Assembly: GCA_031409655.1 (NCBI GenBank)
Contig: JANNXQ010000084.1
Location: 1 to 42,046, forward strand
Reading direction: 5' to 3'
Origin: Chthoniobacteraceae bacterium
GTDB taxonomy: Bacteria > Verrucomicrobiota > Verrucomicrobiia > Chthoniobacterales > Chthoniobacteraceae
Length of the DNA stretch: 42,046 nucleotides
In this document: positions 9,989 through 19,967 of the stretch, piece after piece
How the letters are laid out: each line of letters opens with the position of its first letter
Numbering within the stretch: position 1 is the stretch's first letter
Translations under genes and position numbers: made by a program
The notes under the pieces: model-generated
What the model saw: the letters and a program-made list of their open reading frames with translations, nothing else
Database searches by the model: none
Told to the model about the DNA's origin: nothing

Positions 9989-10014
9989 TGTTGCGTCGTG
10001 CAACGGCTGCGACA
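9989..10014. promoter_or_regulatory. Putative enhancer (UAS) TGTTGC-N14-GCGACA
   Basis: Palindrome ~88 bp upstream of the -24 GG; same motif at 14150-14175. Confidence 0.6.
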
Positions 10015-10025
10015 GCACTCCGGCG

Positions 10026-11486
10026 CTACTCCGCAGAATCGCCGGGACCGAAGCGGCGGTAGATGCGGCTGCGATTCACGCCGAGAAGGCGCGCGGCTTC
10101 GGCGACGTTGCCACCGGTTTGTTGCAGCGCACGCTGGATGAGCGCTTGCTCGGCTTCTTCCAGATTCAGCGGAAGATCGCCGAAGGACGGAGCCGACGTC
10201 TTCGCGCCGTCCGGACGCGGGGTACTGGCAAGGAGTTGCAGATGCTCGCGCTTGATCGCCTCGCCGCCGCTGAGGATGAGCGCGCGTTCGATCACGTTCT
10301 TCAACTCACGGACATTGCCGGGAAAGGAATACGCTTCGAGTAAGGCGAGCGCTTCGGGCGTGAGCGGCGGCGGAGTGCGGCCCATCTCGCTCGCAAAGAG
10401 TTGCAGGAAATGTGCGGCGAGCCCGGCGAGATCTTCCGGGCGTTCGCGCAGCGGCGGCATCTCCACTGCATACCGTGCGAGCCGGAAGTACAGATCTTGC
10501 CGGAACTGTCCTTCCGCGATCTTCGCGGCGAGGTCCGCATTCGTCGCGGCGAGGACGCGTACATCCACTCGCCGGGTTGTTGTCGCGCCCACGGGTGTCA
10601 CTTCTCCGTCCTCCAGCACGCGGAGGAGCTTGGCCTGGAGGGCTGCGGGCATGTCACCGATCTCGTCGAGGAAGAGCGTGCCCCCGTCGGCCAGCTCGAA
10701 GTAGCCCTTGCGATCCGCGGTCGCGCCGGTGAACGCGCCCTTCATGTGACCGAAGAACATCGACTCGGCGAGTTCGCTGGGAATTGCGACACAGTTCACC
10801 GCGATGAATGGCGCGGCGGTGCGCGGGCTGTGATGATGCAGCGCGCGGGCGACGAGTTCCTTGTCCGTCCCACTTTCGCCCGTGATGAGCACACTCGTCT
10901 TGCCGAAGTGCTGCAGCCGCTCGATGTCATCAAGGATGCGGCGCACGAGTTTGCTGCGACCGACGAAGCCGGGCAGACCCCAACGCTGTGCCTCGCGGGC
11001 GCTGAGGGTAGTGAGCTTTTCGTTGGCCGCTTCACGTGCGTCTTCGGCGGAGCGGCGACGGTCGATCTCCGCTTCGAGCTCGGCATTGCGTGCGGCGAAC
11101 TCACGGGTGAGCCGGCTCAGGCGCAGGTGCGTCTCGACGCGCGTGAGCACCTCCTCGCTCTCGAAGGGCTTGAGGATGTAATCCACGGCTCCGGCGCGGA
11201 AGCCGCGCAGGACGCTCTCCGTCTCGTGTTTCGCGGTGATGAAGAGCACCGGGATGGCGCGCAGATGTTCCGTGGCCTTGAGCGTGCGGCAAATGTCGTA
11301 GCCGTCGCGGCCTGGCATCATCACGTCGAGCAGGATGAGATCGGGCGCGGCTCGGCTCGCGATCTTCAGCCCCGCGTCGCCATTGCTGGCCGCGAGAATC
11401 TCGTATCCGCGCGGCTCCAGAGCGTCGGTCAGGAGCCGGATGTTCGCGGGTGTGTCATCGACGACGAGGATGCGTTCGCGGCTCAT
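10026..11486 (-). CDS. NtrC-family sigma54-dependent response regulator (REC-AAA+-Fis HTH)
   Basis: [66 protein letters not shown] overlap with the kinase. Confidence 0.93.
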   Translation of the reverse strand: MSRERILVVDDTPANIRLLTDALEPRGYEILAASNGDAGLKIASRAAPDLILLDVMMPGRDGYDICRTLKATEHLRAIPVLFITAKHETESVLRGFRAGAVDYILKPFESEEVLTRVETHLRLSRLTREFAARNAELEAEIDRRRSAEDAREAANEKLTTLSAREAQRWGLPGFVGRSKLVRRILDDIERLQHFGKTSVLITGESGTDKELVARALHHHSPRTAAPFIAVNCVAIPSELAESMFFGHMKGAFTGATADRKGYFELADGGTLFLDEIGDMPAALQAKLLRVLEDGEVTPVGATTTRRVDVRVLAATNADLAAKIAEGQFRQDLYFRLARYAVEMPPLRERPEDLAGLAAHFLQLFASEMGRTPPPLTPEALALLEAYSFPGNVRELKNVIERALILSGGEAIKREHLQLLASTPRPDGAKTSAPSFGDLPLNLEEAEQALIQRALQQTGGNVAEAARLLGVNRSRIYRRFGPGDSAE

Positions 11487-13951
11487 GCGGGTGTCGTCGT
11501 ACTTTGAGGCGCGATCGGAAGTTGGGCGACGATCTTTAGGATCGTCTCCATGTCGTAGCTCGCGAGGAATTCGCGCAGATGCTCCGCGAGCCGCTGGCCG
11601 GGCGCGCCGAGCTGCTCGACTTCGCGGAGGCAGGTTTTCATCACCGTCGCGCTGTGGAGTTCCGCAGCCATCATCAGCCGCGTGGCGAGATCTTCGGATA
11701 AGGTGAGCCGCGTGAGGTCGATGGTCGCACCGTTGCTGGCGGGCGGCAGATCGCGATACTCGAAGGTCGCACCGAGCAGATTTTCGAGGCTCGCGTAGAT
11801 GCGTTCCGCCCGGAAGGGCTTGGCGACAAAGTCGTCGCAACCGGCCTGGGCGTAGCGCTCGCGTTCGTGCTCCAGCACCGAGGCGGAGGTCGCCACGATC
11901 TTTAATCCGCTGCCCATGAACTCCGCGACGAGCCGCCGCGTAGCTTCGAGGCCATCCATCTCCGGCAGGCGCATATCCATGAAGACGATGTCGGGCCGCG
12001 AGACGCGCACGACTTCGAGCGCCTGCCGGCCATTCTCCGCAAGAGTGATCTCGCATCCGATGGCGCGGAGCATCGTGGAGAGCACCGCGCGATTTTCCGC
12101 GATGTCATCCACGACTAGCGCGCGCACCTTGCAGCCCGGCGCGAGCCGTTCGATCTCGCGGGCTGGACGCGCGGTTTCCGCACCGATCGAGGCAGGCAGC
12201 TCGATGGTGAAAAAAAAGCGCGAGCCTGCGCCCACCGTGGACTCGACGGCGAGGGTGCCGCCCATCAATTCCACCTGTCGCCGCGCGATGGTGAGGCCCA
12301 GTCCCGTGCCGCCGTGCGCGCCCGCTCCAGGGCCTTGCTGGAAGGGGCGGAAGATGAGCGGCTGCGCTTCTGGCGCGATCCCGATGCCGGTGTCCTCAAC
12401 CTCGAAGCGCCACGCCTTCCCAGCGCCCGGCGACGCGCGCAGGACGATGCGGCCGCGGTCGGTGAACTTCACGGCGTTGCCGAGGAGATTGATCAGTACC
12501 TGCCGCAGCTTGCCCTCGTCGCCATGCACAGTGCGTGGCCGCGTCGGGTCGAGGCCTTCCACGAGCAGGCCGAGTTTCTTTTCCTCGCACGGATGCTGGA
12601 AAAGCGCGGCGAGTTCGCGCATCAGCGCCGCGAGATCGAAGTCTGCGGTGGTGAGTTCCATGCGGCCGGCGTCGATTTTCGAAAGGTCGAGGATCTCATT
12701 GATGAGGTGAAGGAGGTGGTCGCAACTGCTGGCGATCGTCGCCACCGCATCGCGCTGGAAGGGATGCAGCGCGGCGTCGCGCCCGAGGATTTGCGCGTAG
12801 CCGAGGATCGCGTTCATCGGCGTGCGGATCTCGTGGCTCATGTTCGCGAGGAATTCGGACTTCGCGCGATTCGCCGCTTCGGCCGCGGCCTCTGCGTGCT
12901 TGCGCGTCGCCACTTCGCTGAGCAGCGCGGCATTCGACTGTGCGAGATCCGCCGCACTGCGCTGGCTGATCCACAGGTACGCCGCGAGCAGACTCGTGAT
13001 CGCGAGCCCGGCGCTGAAGGCCGCCCACGGCGGCCACACGATCGCGCTGCGGCGAAATCCCGCGACCGGCTGGAGCACGACGCGCCATTGACGTCCGGCC
13101 ACGTCGAGCAATTCGCTGTGTACGCCGGGATTCGCCGCCGCGCCTTTCGGAGCCTCATGCACGACGGTGCCCGTCGCCTCGTCGATGATCGCCAGCCGGA
13201 TTGCCGCGGCGCGTGTTTCGCGAAAGGACCGCTCGACCAGATCGCCGATGCGGAAGACCGCGACGGCAAATCCGGTCAGCGCGGTGCGGCGCTCCTCGAC
13301 CGTTCCCGGCGTGCCGCGATAGAGCGGCTCGAAGACGAGGAATCCCCGCTGTGATTCCTTTTCCTGCGCGAGCCGGATGGGAGCCGTCGCTGTCGCGTGG
13401 CCCGAGTCGCTCGCGGCCTCGAGTGCGGCGAGACGCTGCGGCTCGGAGGTCACGTCGAAGCCGAAGGCGTCCGCGTTCGGCCTGAGAGGCTCGAGATAGA
13501 AGACGGGAAAATAGTCCGCCCTCGGCCCGGCTGGCCGCAGCTTCCCGTGCGCATCGCTCTCCAGGATCCGGAAGCCGGCGAAGCCTTCCGCTTGCGCCGC
13601 TTGTTCAAACTGCTCCCGCTCCGCACCGCTCACCCGCGGATCCCAGGTGAGCGCCTGGAGTTCCGGTTGCCGCGCGAGTGCGCTCGTCACGAAGCTGCGG
13701 AATTCGGCCCGCGAGACTTCACCGCGCGTGGCGAAGAGCGCGGCGATGCCGTGCAACACCTCCATCGAACGCAGCATCTGGCCGTGCAGAATCTCGACGC
13801 GCTCGCGGGCAAGATCGCGAAGTTCGTCGCGCCGCACCTGCGACTCGCGTTCGCGGAGCACGAGGAGCAGCGCGGACGAAAGCAGCGCGCCAGCGATGAG
13901 CGTGAGGATCGCCGGAGCCTTCCGTGCGATGCGCGGAGGATCGGCTTTCAT
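11483..13951 (-). CDS. CHASE-domain hybrid sensor histidine kinase
   Basis: TM-CHASE ([22 protein letters not shown])-[38 protein letters not shown]. Confidence 0.92.
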   Translation of the reverse strand: MKADPPRIARKAPAILTLIAGALLSSALLLVLRERESQVRRDELRDLARERVEILHGQMLRSMEVLHGIAALFATRGEVSRAEFRSFVTSALARQPELQALTWDPRVSGAEREQFEQAAQAEGFAGFRILESDAHGKLRPAGPRADYFPVFYLEPLRPNADAFGFDVTSEPQRLAALEAASDSGHATATAPIRLAQEKESQRGFLVFEPLYRGTPGTVEERRTALTGFAVAVFRIGDLVERSFRETRAAAIRLAIIDEATGTVVHEAPKGAAANPGVHSELLDVAGRQWRVVLQPVAGFRRSAIVWPPWAAFSAGLAITSLLAAYLWISQRSAADLAQSNAALLSEVATRKHAEAAAEAANRAKSEFLANMSHEIRTPMNAILGYAQILGRDAALHPFQRDAVATIASSCDHLLHLINEILDLSKIDAGRMELTTADFDLAALMRELAALFQHPCEEKKLGLLVEGLDPTRPRTVHGDEGKLRQVLINLLGNAVKFTDRGRIVLRASPGAGKAWRFEVEDTGIGIAPEAQPLIFRPFQQGPGAGAHGGTGLGLTIARRQVELMGGTLAVESTVGAGSRFFFTIELPASIGAETARPAREIERLAPGCKVRALVVDDIAENRAVLSTMLRAIGCEITLAENGRQALEVVRVSRPDIVFMDMRLPEMDGLEATRRLVAEFMGSGLKIVATSASVLEHERERYAQAGCDDFVAKPFRAERIYASLENLLGATFEYRDLPPASNGATIDLTRLTLSEDLATRLMMAAELHSATVMKTCLREVEQLGAPGQRLAEHLREFLASYDMETILKIVAQLPIAPQSTTTPA

Positions 13952-14149
13952 CGCGAGTCAGAGCGCATAGCGGGCTGAGTGTGTAGGGGCGGTCGCACGC
14001 GCGCGCGACGGAGCACGGCCCGTGCGAATCGTCCGTCGAATGCCGTTTCACTCTGGCGCGGACGATTTCCGCCGCTCGTGGCCGGCATCGTTTCGTGCGC
14101 AAAACGCCGCAGCGATGGCGAAGTTTGGTCACGTCGGGAGTGGCTGCGC

Positions 14150-14175
14150 TGTTGCGGAGCGGGACAGTTGCAACA
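14150..14175. promoter_or_regulatory. Putative enhancer (UAS) TGTTGC-N14-GCAACA
   Basis: Perfect 6-bp inverted half-sites ~91 bp upstream of the -24 GG at 14266. Confidence 0.6.
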
Positions 14176-14264
14176 CGTGTGGAGACCCATTTTCAGCGGG
14201 TCGCCAGAGGGCGAAAAAATTCAACCGCCAGATGGACAGCGCGTTGCGGCGACTGCCGCGGACT

Positions 14265-14280
14265 TGGCACAGCACGCGCT
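14265..14280 (+). promoter_or_regulatory. sigma54 -24/-12 promoter for trtA-permease
   Basis: TGGCACAGCACGCGCT = GG-N10-GC; shares TGGCACAGC-N4-GCTAA with the 9902-9885 promoter. Confidence 0.7.
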
Positions 14281-14344
14281 AAGGTGGCCGTTTGTTACTC
14301 CGCGTGATCGCACTTCCGCCAATCCGCACCACCACACCACGACC

Positions 14345-15025
14345 ATGACGACGGACCAGACGCTCTCCATTGAGGCCGAACCCTACGCGTTCGAATTCAC
14401 GCCGGCGAAGTGCGCGCTGCTCATCATCGACATGCAGCGCGACTTTCTCGAGCCGGGCGGCTTTGGCGAAATGCTCGGCAACGATGTCGGGCAACTCCGC
14501 CGCACCATCGAACCAAACCGGATTCTGCTCAGCGCCTGGCGAGTCGCGGGTCTGCCGGTCCTGCACACTCGCGAGGGACATCGGGCGGATCTCGCGGATC
14601 TTCCGCCGGCGAAGAAGATTCGCGGCAAGAGCAAGACCACGATCGGGGACAAGGGCCCGATGGGTCGCATCCTGGTGCGTGGCGAAGCGGGCCACGACAT
14701 CATCCCCGAGCTTTACCCGCGCGCTGGCGAACCCGTGATCGACAAGCCGGGCAAGGGTGCCTTTTGGGCCACCGATCTCCACGCGATCCTGCAACATCGC
14801 GGGATCACGCAACTCGTCGTCACCGGTGTGACCACGGAGGTCTGCGTGAACACGACGGTGCGAGAGGCCAACGACCGCGGCTACGACTGCCTCGTGCCCT
14901 CGGACTGCGTGGGCTCTTACTTCCCCGAGTTTCAGGAGATGGGCCTGAAGATGATCAAGGCGCAGGGCGGCATCTTTGGCTGGGTCACGGACTCCACAAA
15001 AATTCTCGCCGCGCTCGGCGCGTAA
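14345..15025 (+). CDS. trtA: Triuret hydrolase (isochorismatase-like cysteine hydrolase)
   Basis: IDMQRDF, GGFGEMLGND, DKPGKGAF, TTEVC, GSYF, QGGIFG: TrtA-type F/L/N/E/Y/I residues at the positions where BiuH has Y/M/Y/D/T/V. Confidence 0.85.
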   Translation: MTTDQTLSIEAEPYAFEFTPAKCALLIIDMQRDFLEPGGFGEMLGNDVGQLRRTIEPNRILLSAWRVAGLPVLHTREGHRADLADLPPAKKIRGKSKTTIGDKGPMGRILVRGEAGHDIIPELYPRAGEPVIDKPGKGAFWATDLHAILQHRGITQLVVTGVTTEVCVNTTVREANDRGYDCLVPSDCVGSYFPEFQEMGLKMIKAQGGIFGWVTDSTKILAALGA

Positions 15026-15061
15026 AGGCGCGCGCACTTTCCACCACCAACCACCAACCAC

Positions 15062-16675
15062 ATGAACGACACCACCAAACCCAAAATCTGGGTGCCCGGA
15101 GACTGGAATGCCTTCTTTGGCTTCGGCACCAATATCCTCGTCAACCTCCTGACGCTCACCGCGCTCCTGCGCTTTGTGTTGAAGATGCCGGACGACATCG
15201 TCTTTGGCCGCATCCTGCCCGCGACGGGGCTGATGCTGTGTCTCTCCACGATGTACTACGCCTGGCTCGCGTATCGCCTTGCGAAGAAGACCGGGCGCAC
15301 CGATGTCTGCGCGCTACCCTCCGGGACGAGCGTGCCGCACATGTTCGTCGTCGTGTTTGTGATCATGTTGCCGATCACATTAAAGACGGGCGATCCGATC
15401 AAAGGTTGGGAGGCCGGGCTGACGTGGGTATTTATCCAAAGCTTCGTCCTGATGATTGGCGGATTCATTGGGCCGTGGATTCGCAAGATCACGCCGCGCG
15501 CTGCGCTGCTCGGCACGCTCGCGGGTGTTTCGATTACGTTCATTTCCATGAAGCCGGCGCTCGAGATGTTCATGACTCCGGTGATCGGACTCGTGTGCTT
15601 TGCGGTCATCCTGCTGAGCTGGCTGGGCGGCGTGAAATACGGAAAGATTCCGGCCGGGCTCGTAGCGATCGCGGTGGGAACGCTCATCGCGTGGGGCTCG
15701 ACCGCACTTGGATTTAGCTTCGGTGGAATGAAGCTCGAGGCGCTCACGGCTTCGTTCACGAACTTTGGATTCCGCATTCCCGTTCCGGCCTTCAGCCACG
15801 TCTTTGGCGGGTTTGAATTCCTCGGCATCCTGCTGGTCACCGCGATTCCCTTCGGCATCTACGACCTCGTCGAAGCAATCGACAACGTCGAGAGCGCGGA
15901 AGTCGCCGGCGACGAGTATCCCACGACCCGCGTGCTCTGTGCAGACGGCGTGGTGAGTCTTATTGGCTGCATGATGGGCAACCCATTCATCAACGCGGTG
16001 TACATCGGCCATCCCGGCTGGAAGGCGATGGGTGGACGCATTGGTTACTCCGCCGCGACGGGTGTGATGGTCATCGTCCTATGTTGGTTCGGGATCATCT
16101 CCACGATGCTCGCGCTTATCCCGGTCATCGCGATCCTGCCGATCCTGCTCTACATCGGCATGCTCATCGGTTCGCAGGCCTTCCAGGAAACGCCGAAGGA
16201 ACATGCACCGGCCATCGTGCTAGGACTCACGCCGCACCTCGCCGCTTGGGGCATCACCGCGATCAACGGCGCGCTCGCTGCCGCCGGAACGATCATACCC
16301 GCGCTGTCACCGGAAAAGAAGGAGGCGCTCATTGGCGCGATGCGCAACGAAGGCGTGCTGTATCACGGATTGGAGGTGCTCGGCGGAGGCGCGATCCTTG
16401 GCGGCCTCATTCTGACTGCGGTTGCGGTCTTCATCATCGACCGGAATTTCGGCAAGGCCGCCATGTTTGCGGGCGCCGGTGCAGTGATGACGTTCTTCGG
16501 ATTTATGCACGGCGAACGGATCGGCGTCGCGCAATCACCGACGATCGCCTTCAGCTACCTGCTCGTCGCTGGCCTCCTCTTGGGATGTGCGAAATTTGCG
16601 ACGAGTAATGCGCTCGCTCCCGCAGTCAGCCATCGTCACTCGCCCGAAGTCGCGGGCGCTGAACCTACGGTCTGA
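15062..16675 (+). CDS. NCS2/AzgA-like permease, probable triuret/biuret uptake
   Basis: Multi-TM hydrophobic protein; GDWNAFFG, AVYIGHPGWKAMGGR; directly follows trtA. Confidence 0.8.
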   Translation: MNDTTKPKIWVPGDWNAFFGFGTNILVNLLTLTALLRFVLKMPDDIVFGRILPATGLMLCLSTMYYAWLAYRLAKKTGRTDVCALPSGTSVPHMFVVVFVIMLPITLKTGDPIKGWEAGLTWVFIQSFVLMIGGFIGPWIRKITPRAALLGTLAGVSITFISMKPALEMFMTPVIGLVCFAVILLSWLGGVKYGKIPAGLVAIAVGTLIAWGSTALGFSFGGMKLEALTASFTNFGFRIPVPAFSHVFGGFEFLGILLVTAIPFGIYDLVEAIDNVESAEVAGDEYPTTRVLCADGVVSLIGCMMGNPFINAVYIGHPGWKAMGGRIGYSAATGVMVIVLCWFGIISTMLALIPVIAILPILLYIGMLIGSQAFQETPKEHAPAIVLGLTPHLAAWGITAINGALAAAGTIIPALSPEKKEALIGAMRNEGVLYHGLEVLGGGAILGGLILTAVAVFIIDRNFGKAAMFAGAGAVMTFFGFMHGERIGVAQSPTIAFSYLLVAGLLLGCAKFATSNALAPAVSHRHSPEVAGAEPTV

Positions 16676-16710
16676 ACCACGGCTCGATCCGCAAATTCAT
16701 CAGGGAAGGG

Positions 16711-16747
16711 AAAGCGTTGGCGGGTAACCCCCGCCAACGCTTTTTCC
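16711..16747. terminator. Intrinsic terminator between the convergent permease and gyrA
   Basis: 14-bp perfect stem AAAGCGTTGGCGGG / CCCGCCAACGCTTT, 5-nt loop, T-tract. Confidence 0.85.
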
Positions 16748-16806
16748 ATTTTGAGAACCGCGACCGCTGGCGCCGCTTGGTGTGCGGGTAGTAAACTAAA
16801 GACGCG

Positions 16807-19383
16807 TTAGGCGGTAACGTCGCTTTCCGCAGCTTCTTCTTCCTCGTTCGCCACGACTGGCGCGATGCCGGAGAGCATTTCGCCTTCGCGGGTGTCGATG
16901 AGTTTCACGCCTTGCGCGTTGCGGCCGGTCTCCCGGATCTCGGAAACGCGGGTGCGGACCATCTTGCCCTTGTTCGTGATGAGCATCAGCTCGTCGCCAT
17001 CGCGCACGGTGAGAGCCCCGGCGACACCGCCCGTGCGCTCGGTCGTCTTCATCGTGATGACGCCTTTCCCGCCGCGGGATTGCAGCCGGTATTCCTCAAA
17101 CTTGGTGCGCTTCCCGAGGCCGTTCTCGCCCGCGACGAGCAACATCGCGTCGTTGTTCACGAGCGCTGCGCCGACCACGTAGTCCTTGGGTTCCGGGCGG
17201 ATGCCCCAGACGCCGACAGTGTCCCGGCCCTGGTCGCGCATTTCCTCTTCGCTGAAGCGAATGCTCATGCCCTCGTGGGTGATCAGGACGATCTCCTGGT
17301 GGCCTTCGGTCCGCTTGCAGTCGATGAGGCGATCCCCTTCCTCGATCTTGATCGCGATGATGCCACCTTTGCGGATGTTCTTAAAGTCGCTGAGGTTCGA
17401 CTTCTTCACGATGCCGCTGCGCGTGGCAAAGACGATGTGCAGCTTGTCGTTCCAGGTTTCTTCATCCGTCTTCTGGCCCTGGATACGGATGGTGGCGGCG
17501 ATCTTTTCCTCGGCCCGCAACTCGAGAAGGTTGGCAATGCTCCGGCCCTTGCTGGCCCGCGATCCTTCCGGGATTTCAAAGACGCGCTCGACGTAACAGC
17601 GGCCCTCAATGGTGAAGAACATGAGATAATCATGGGTCGTGGCCGTGAAGAGATGTTCGACGAAGTCGTCATCGTCTTCCTCACTTGTGCCTTCCCGCGC
17701 GGTCATGCCGATCACGCCCTTGCCCCCGCGGCGCTGGGCGCGGTAGGCAGAGACGGCGGTGCGTTTGATGAATCCCTTGTGGGTCAGGGTGACGATCACA
17801 CCTTCGTTCGCGATGAGATCTTCGATGGCGATCTCGCCTTCCGCCGGGACGATCATCGTCCGGCGCGGGGTGCCGTATTTCCTCTGAATCTCGCGCAACT
17901 CGTCGGTGATGATTTTTAGCACGCGCGTTTCTTTCGCGAGGATGTCGAGCAGGTCTTTGATCGTGGCGATGAGCGCGTCGTATTCACTCTTGATGCTGTC
18001 GCGTTCGAGGCCAGTGAGTTGGTAAAGGCGTAAGTCGAGGATGTGGCCGACTTGCTTCTCGGTGAATTTGTAGTGGCCGTCCAGGAGCCGCGCCTCGTCG
18101 CGGATGAGTACGCCGATTTGCTCGACCGCACGGCGCGTCCACGAGAGCGCCATCAGCTTGCCCTTGGCGTCGTCACGATCTCGCGAGTCGCGGATGATCT
18201 TGATGAAGTCATCGATGTTCGCCAGCGCGATCAGGTAACCTTCGAGTTTCTCAGCTTCGACTTCGGCCTGGTTCAGCAGGTAACGCGTGCGCCGCAGGAC
18301 GATCTCGCGCCGGTGCTCGATGTAGCAGGCGATGGCGTCCTTCAGCCCGAGCAGCCGCGGTTTGCCGTGGTCGATGGCCAGCATGTTCACGCTGAAGGAC
18401 GATTCGAGCGCGGTGTGTTTGTAGAGGTTATTGAGGATGACTTTCGGATTGCCGTCACGCTTGAGTTCGATGACCACGCGGGTGTTTTCATCCGACTCAT
18501 CACGCACATCACTGATCCCAGTCAGGACCTTCTCATTCACCAGGTCGGCGATCCGCTTCACCAGCTCGTTGCGTTTCACGTTGAAGGGAATTTCCGCGAT
18601 GATGATCTGCTCGCGCCCGCCCTTCAGTTCCTCGACACCCGCCTTGCCCCGCACCCGCACCGAGCCGCGCCCGCTCTCAAAGTAGCTGAGAATCCCCGCA
18701 TTCCCCTGGATCACGCAGCCCGTCGGAAAGTCCGGCCCCTGCACAAATTCCATCAGCCCAGCGAGCGTGATGTCCGGGTCAGCGATCTGCGCGCAGATGC
18801 CATCAATGCACTCGCTGAGGTTGTGCGGCGGAATATTCGTCGCCATGCCGACCGCGATGCCGGTGCCGCCATTCACGAGGAGGTTTGGAAACGCTGCCGG
18901 CAAGACCACCGGCTCCATCAGCCGCTCATCGTAAGTCGGCACGAAATTCACCGTCTCCTTATCCATGTCATCCATCAGCGCCGCCCCAAGGTGCCGCAGC
19001 CGCGCCTCGGTGTATCGCATCGACGCCGGCGGATCGTCTTCGACGCTGCCAAAATTCCCCTGCCCATCGATGAGCATGTCGCGCATCGCCCAAGGCTGCG
19101 CCATGTGGACGAGCGTCGGGTAAATCGCCTGATCGCCGTGCGGATGATAGTTACCCATGGTATCGCCGACGATCTTCGCGCACTTGATGTGCTTGCGATT
19201 CGGTAACACCCCGAGGTCATTCATCGTCACGAGGATGCGTCGCTGCGAAGGCTTGAGCCCATCGCGCGCATCCGGCAGGGCGCGGCTGATGATGACGGAC
19301 ATCGAGTAGTCGAGAAACGACTTCGACATCTCCTCGGCGACATTGACGGGCTGGACTTTTTCGTTGGGGTTGAAGTTGGGCAT
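16807..19383 (-). CDS. gyrA: DNA gyrase subunit A
   Basis: RALPDARDGLKP, YHPHGD, catalytic MRYTE, GyrA-box QRRGGKG, C-terminal beta-pinwheel repeats. Confidence 0.98.
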   Translation of the reverse strand: MPNFNPNEKVQPVNVAEEMSKSFLDYSMSVIISRALPDARDGLKPSQRRILVTMNDLGVLPNRKHIKCAKIVGDTMGNYHPHGDQAIYPTLVHMAQPWAMRDMLIDGQGNFGSVEDDPPASMRYTEARLRHLGAALMDDMDKETVNFVPTYDERLMEPVVLPAAFPNLLVNGGTGIAVGMATNIPPHNLSECIDGICAQIADPDITLAGLMEFVQGPDFPTGCVIQGNAGILSYFESGRGSVRVRGKAGVEELKGGREQIIIAEIPFNVKRNELVKRIADLVNEKVLTGISDVRDESDENTRVVIELKRDGNPKVILNNLYKHTALESSFSVNMLAIDHGKPRLLGLKDAIACYIEHRREIVLRRTRYLLNQAEVEAEKLEGYLIALANIDDFIKIIRDSRDRDDAKGKLMALSWTRRAVEQIGVLIRDEARLLDGHYKFTEKQVGHILDLRLYQLTGLERDSIKSEYDALIATIKDLLDILAKETRVLKIITDELREIQRKYGTPRRTMIVPAEGEIAIEDLIANEGVIVTLTHKGFIKRTAVSAYRAQRRGGKGVIGMTAREGTSEEDDDDFVEHLFTATTHDYLMFFTIEGRCYVERVFEIPEGSRASKGRSIANLLELRAEEKIAATIRIQGQKTDEETWNDKLHIVFATRSGIVKKSNLSDFKNIRKGGIIAIKIEEGDRLIDCKRTEGHQEIVLITHEGMSIRFSEEEMRDQGRDTVGVWGIRPEPKDYVVGAALVNNDAMLLVAGENGLGKRTKFEEYRLQSRGGKGVITMKTTERTGGVAGALTVRDGDELMLITNKGKMVRTRVSEIRETGRNAQGVKLIDTREGEMLSGIAPVVANEEEEAAESDVTA

Positions 19384-19392
19384 CGGAATTCG

Positions 19393-19557
19393 GGGTGGGT
19401 TAAAGTTTGGACAGGATTGACAGGATTTTCAGGATTAAAGGATTTCGTCAGTGAGCAGATCATGCCTCCCACGAGGAATGAACGCTGTTTTGGATGAAGC
19501 TCGGGAAACCACCGGCGAAATCCTGTTCATCCTGCAAATCCTGATAATCCTGTCTCG
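19393..19557. repeat. 9-mer-periodic hairpin element, copy A
   Basis: GACAGGATT GACAGGATT TTCAGGATT AAAGGATT (19410-19444), 74-bp spacer, AATCCTGTT CATCCTGCA AATCCTGAT AATCCTGTC (19519-19554). Confidence 0.92.
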
Positions 19558-19568
19558 CTCCATAGTGC

Positions 19569-19967
19569 TCACGCCAGCAAGTCCGGCGGTGGTTCGGCTT
19601 TGGCACGCCGGAACTTCCGTTTGAATTGCAGGCTCTGGCTCCCAAAGTTCAGCAACAGCCCAAATTCCTGTTCCATCGCAGTGAGATAATTGACGGTCTG
19701 CACCTCGTGCTCCTCGACGAGTGCGCGCAAGGCTTTGAGTTCCACGATCAGCCAGCCATCGATCAGCAAATCGACGCTGAACTCCCCAACGACTACTCCA
19801 TCGTAACGCACCTTGATCGGCTTCTCCGACTCGACGCTTACGCCCGCCTTTCGCAATTCGTGAATCAGCGCATTCCGATAGACGAACTCCACGAACCCAG
19901 CGCCGAGCACACGATGTACTTTCATCGCTAAACCGATGACTTGTTCGGTGAACTTGTCGTCTTTCAA
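19569..19967 (-). CDS. GxxExxY protein (PD-(D/E)XK-like, TIGR04256/PDDEXK_3)
   Basis: VHRVLGAGFVEFVYRNAL, VDLLID, IVELKA, QTVNYL, GLLLNFG; TTG start. Confidence 0.92.
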   Translation of the reverse strand: MKDDKFTEQVIGLAMKVHRVLGAGFVEFVYRNALIHELRKAGVSVESEKPIKVRYDGVVVGEFSVDLLIDGWLIVELKALRALVEEHEVQTVNYLTAMEQEFGLLLNFGSQSLQFKRKFRRAKAEPPPDLLA

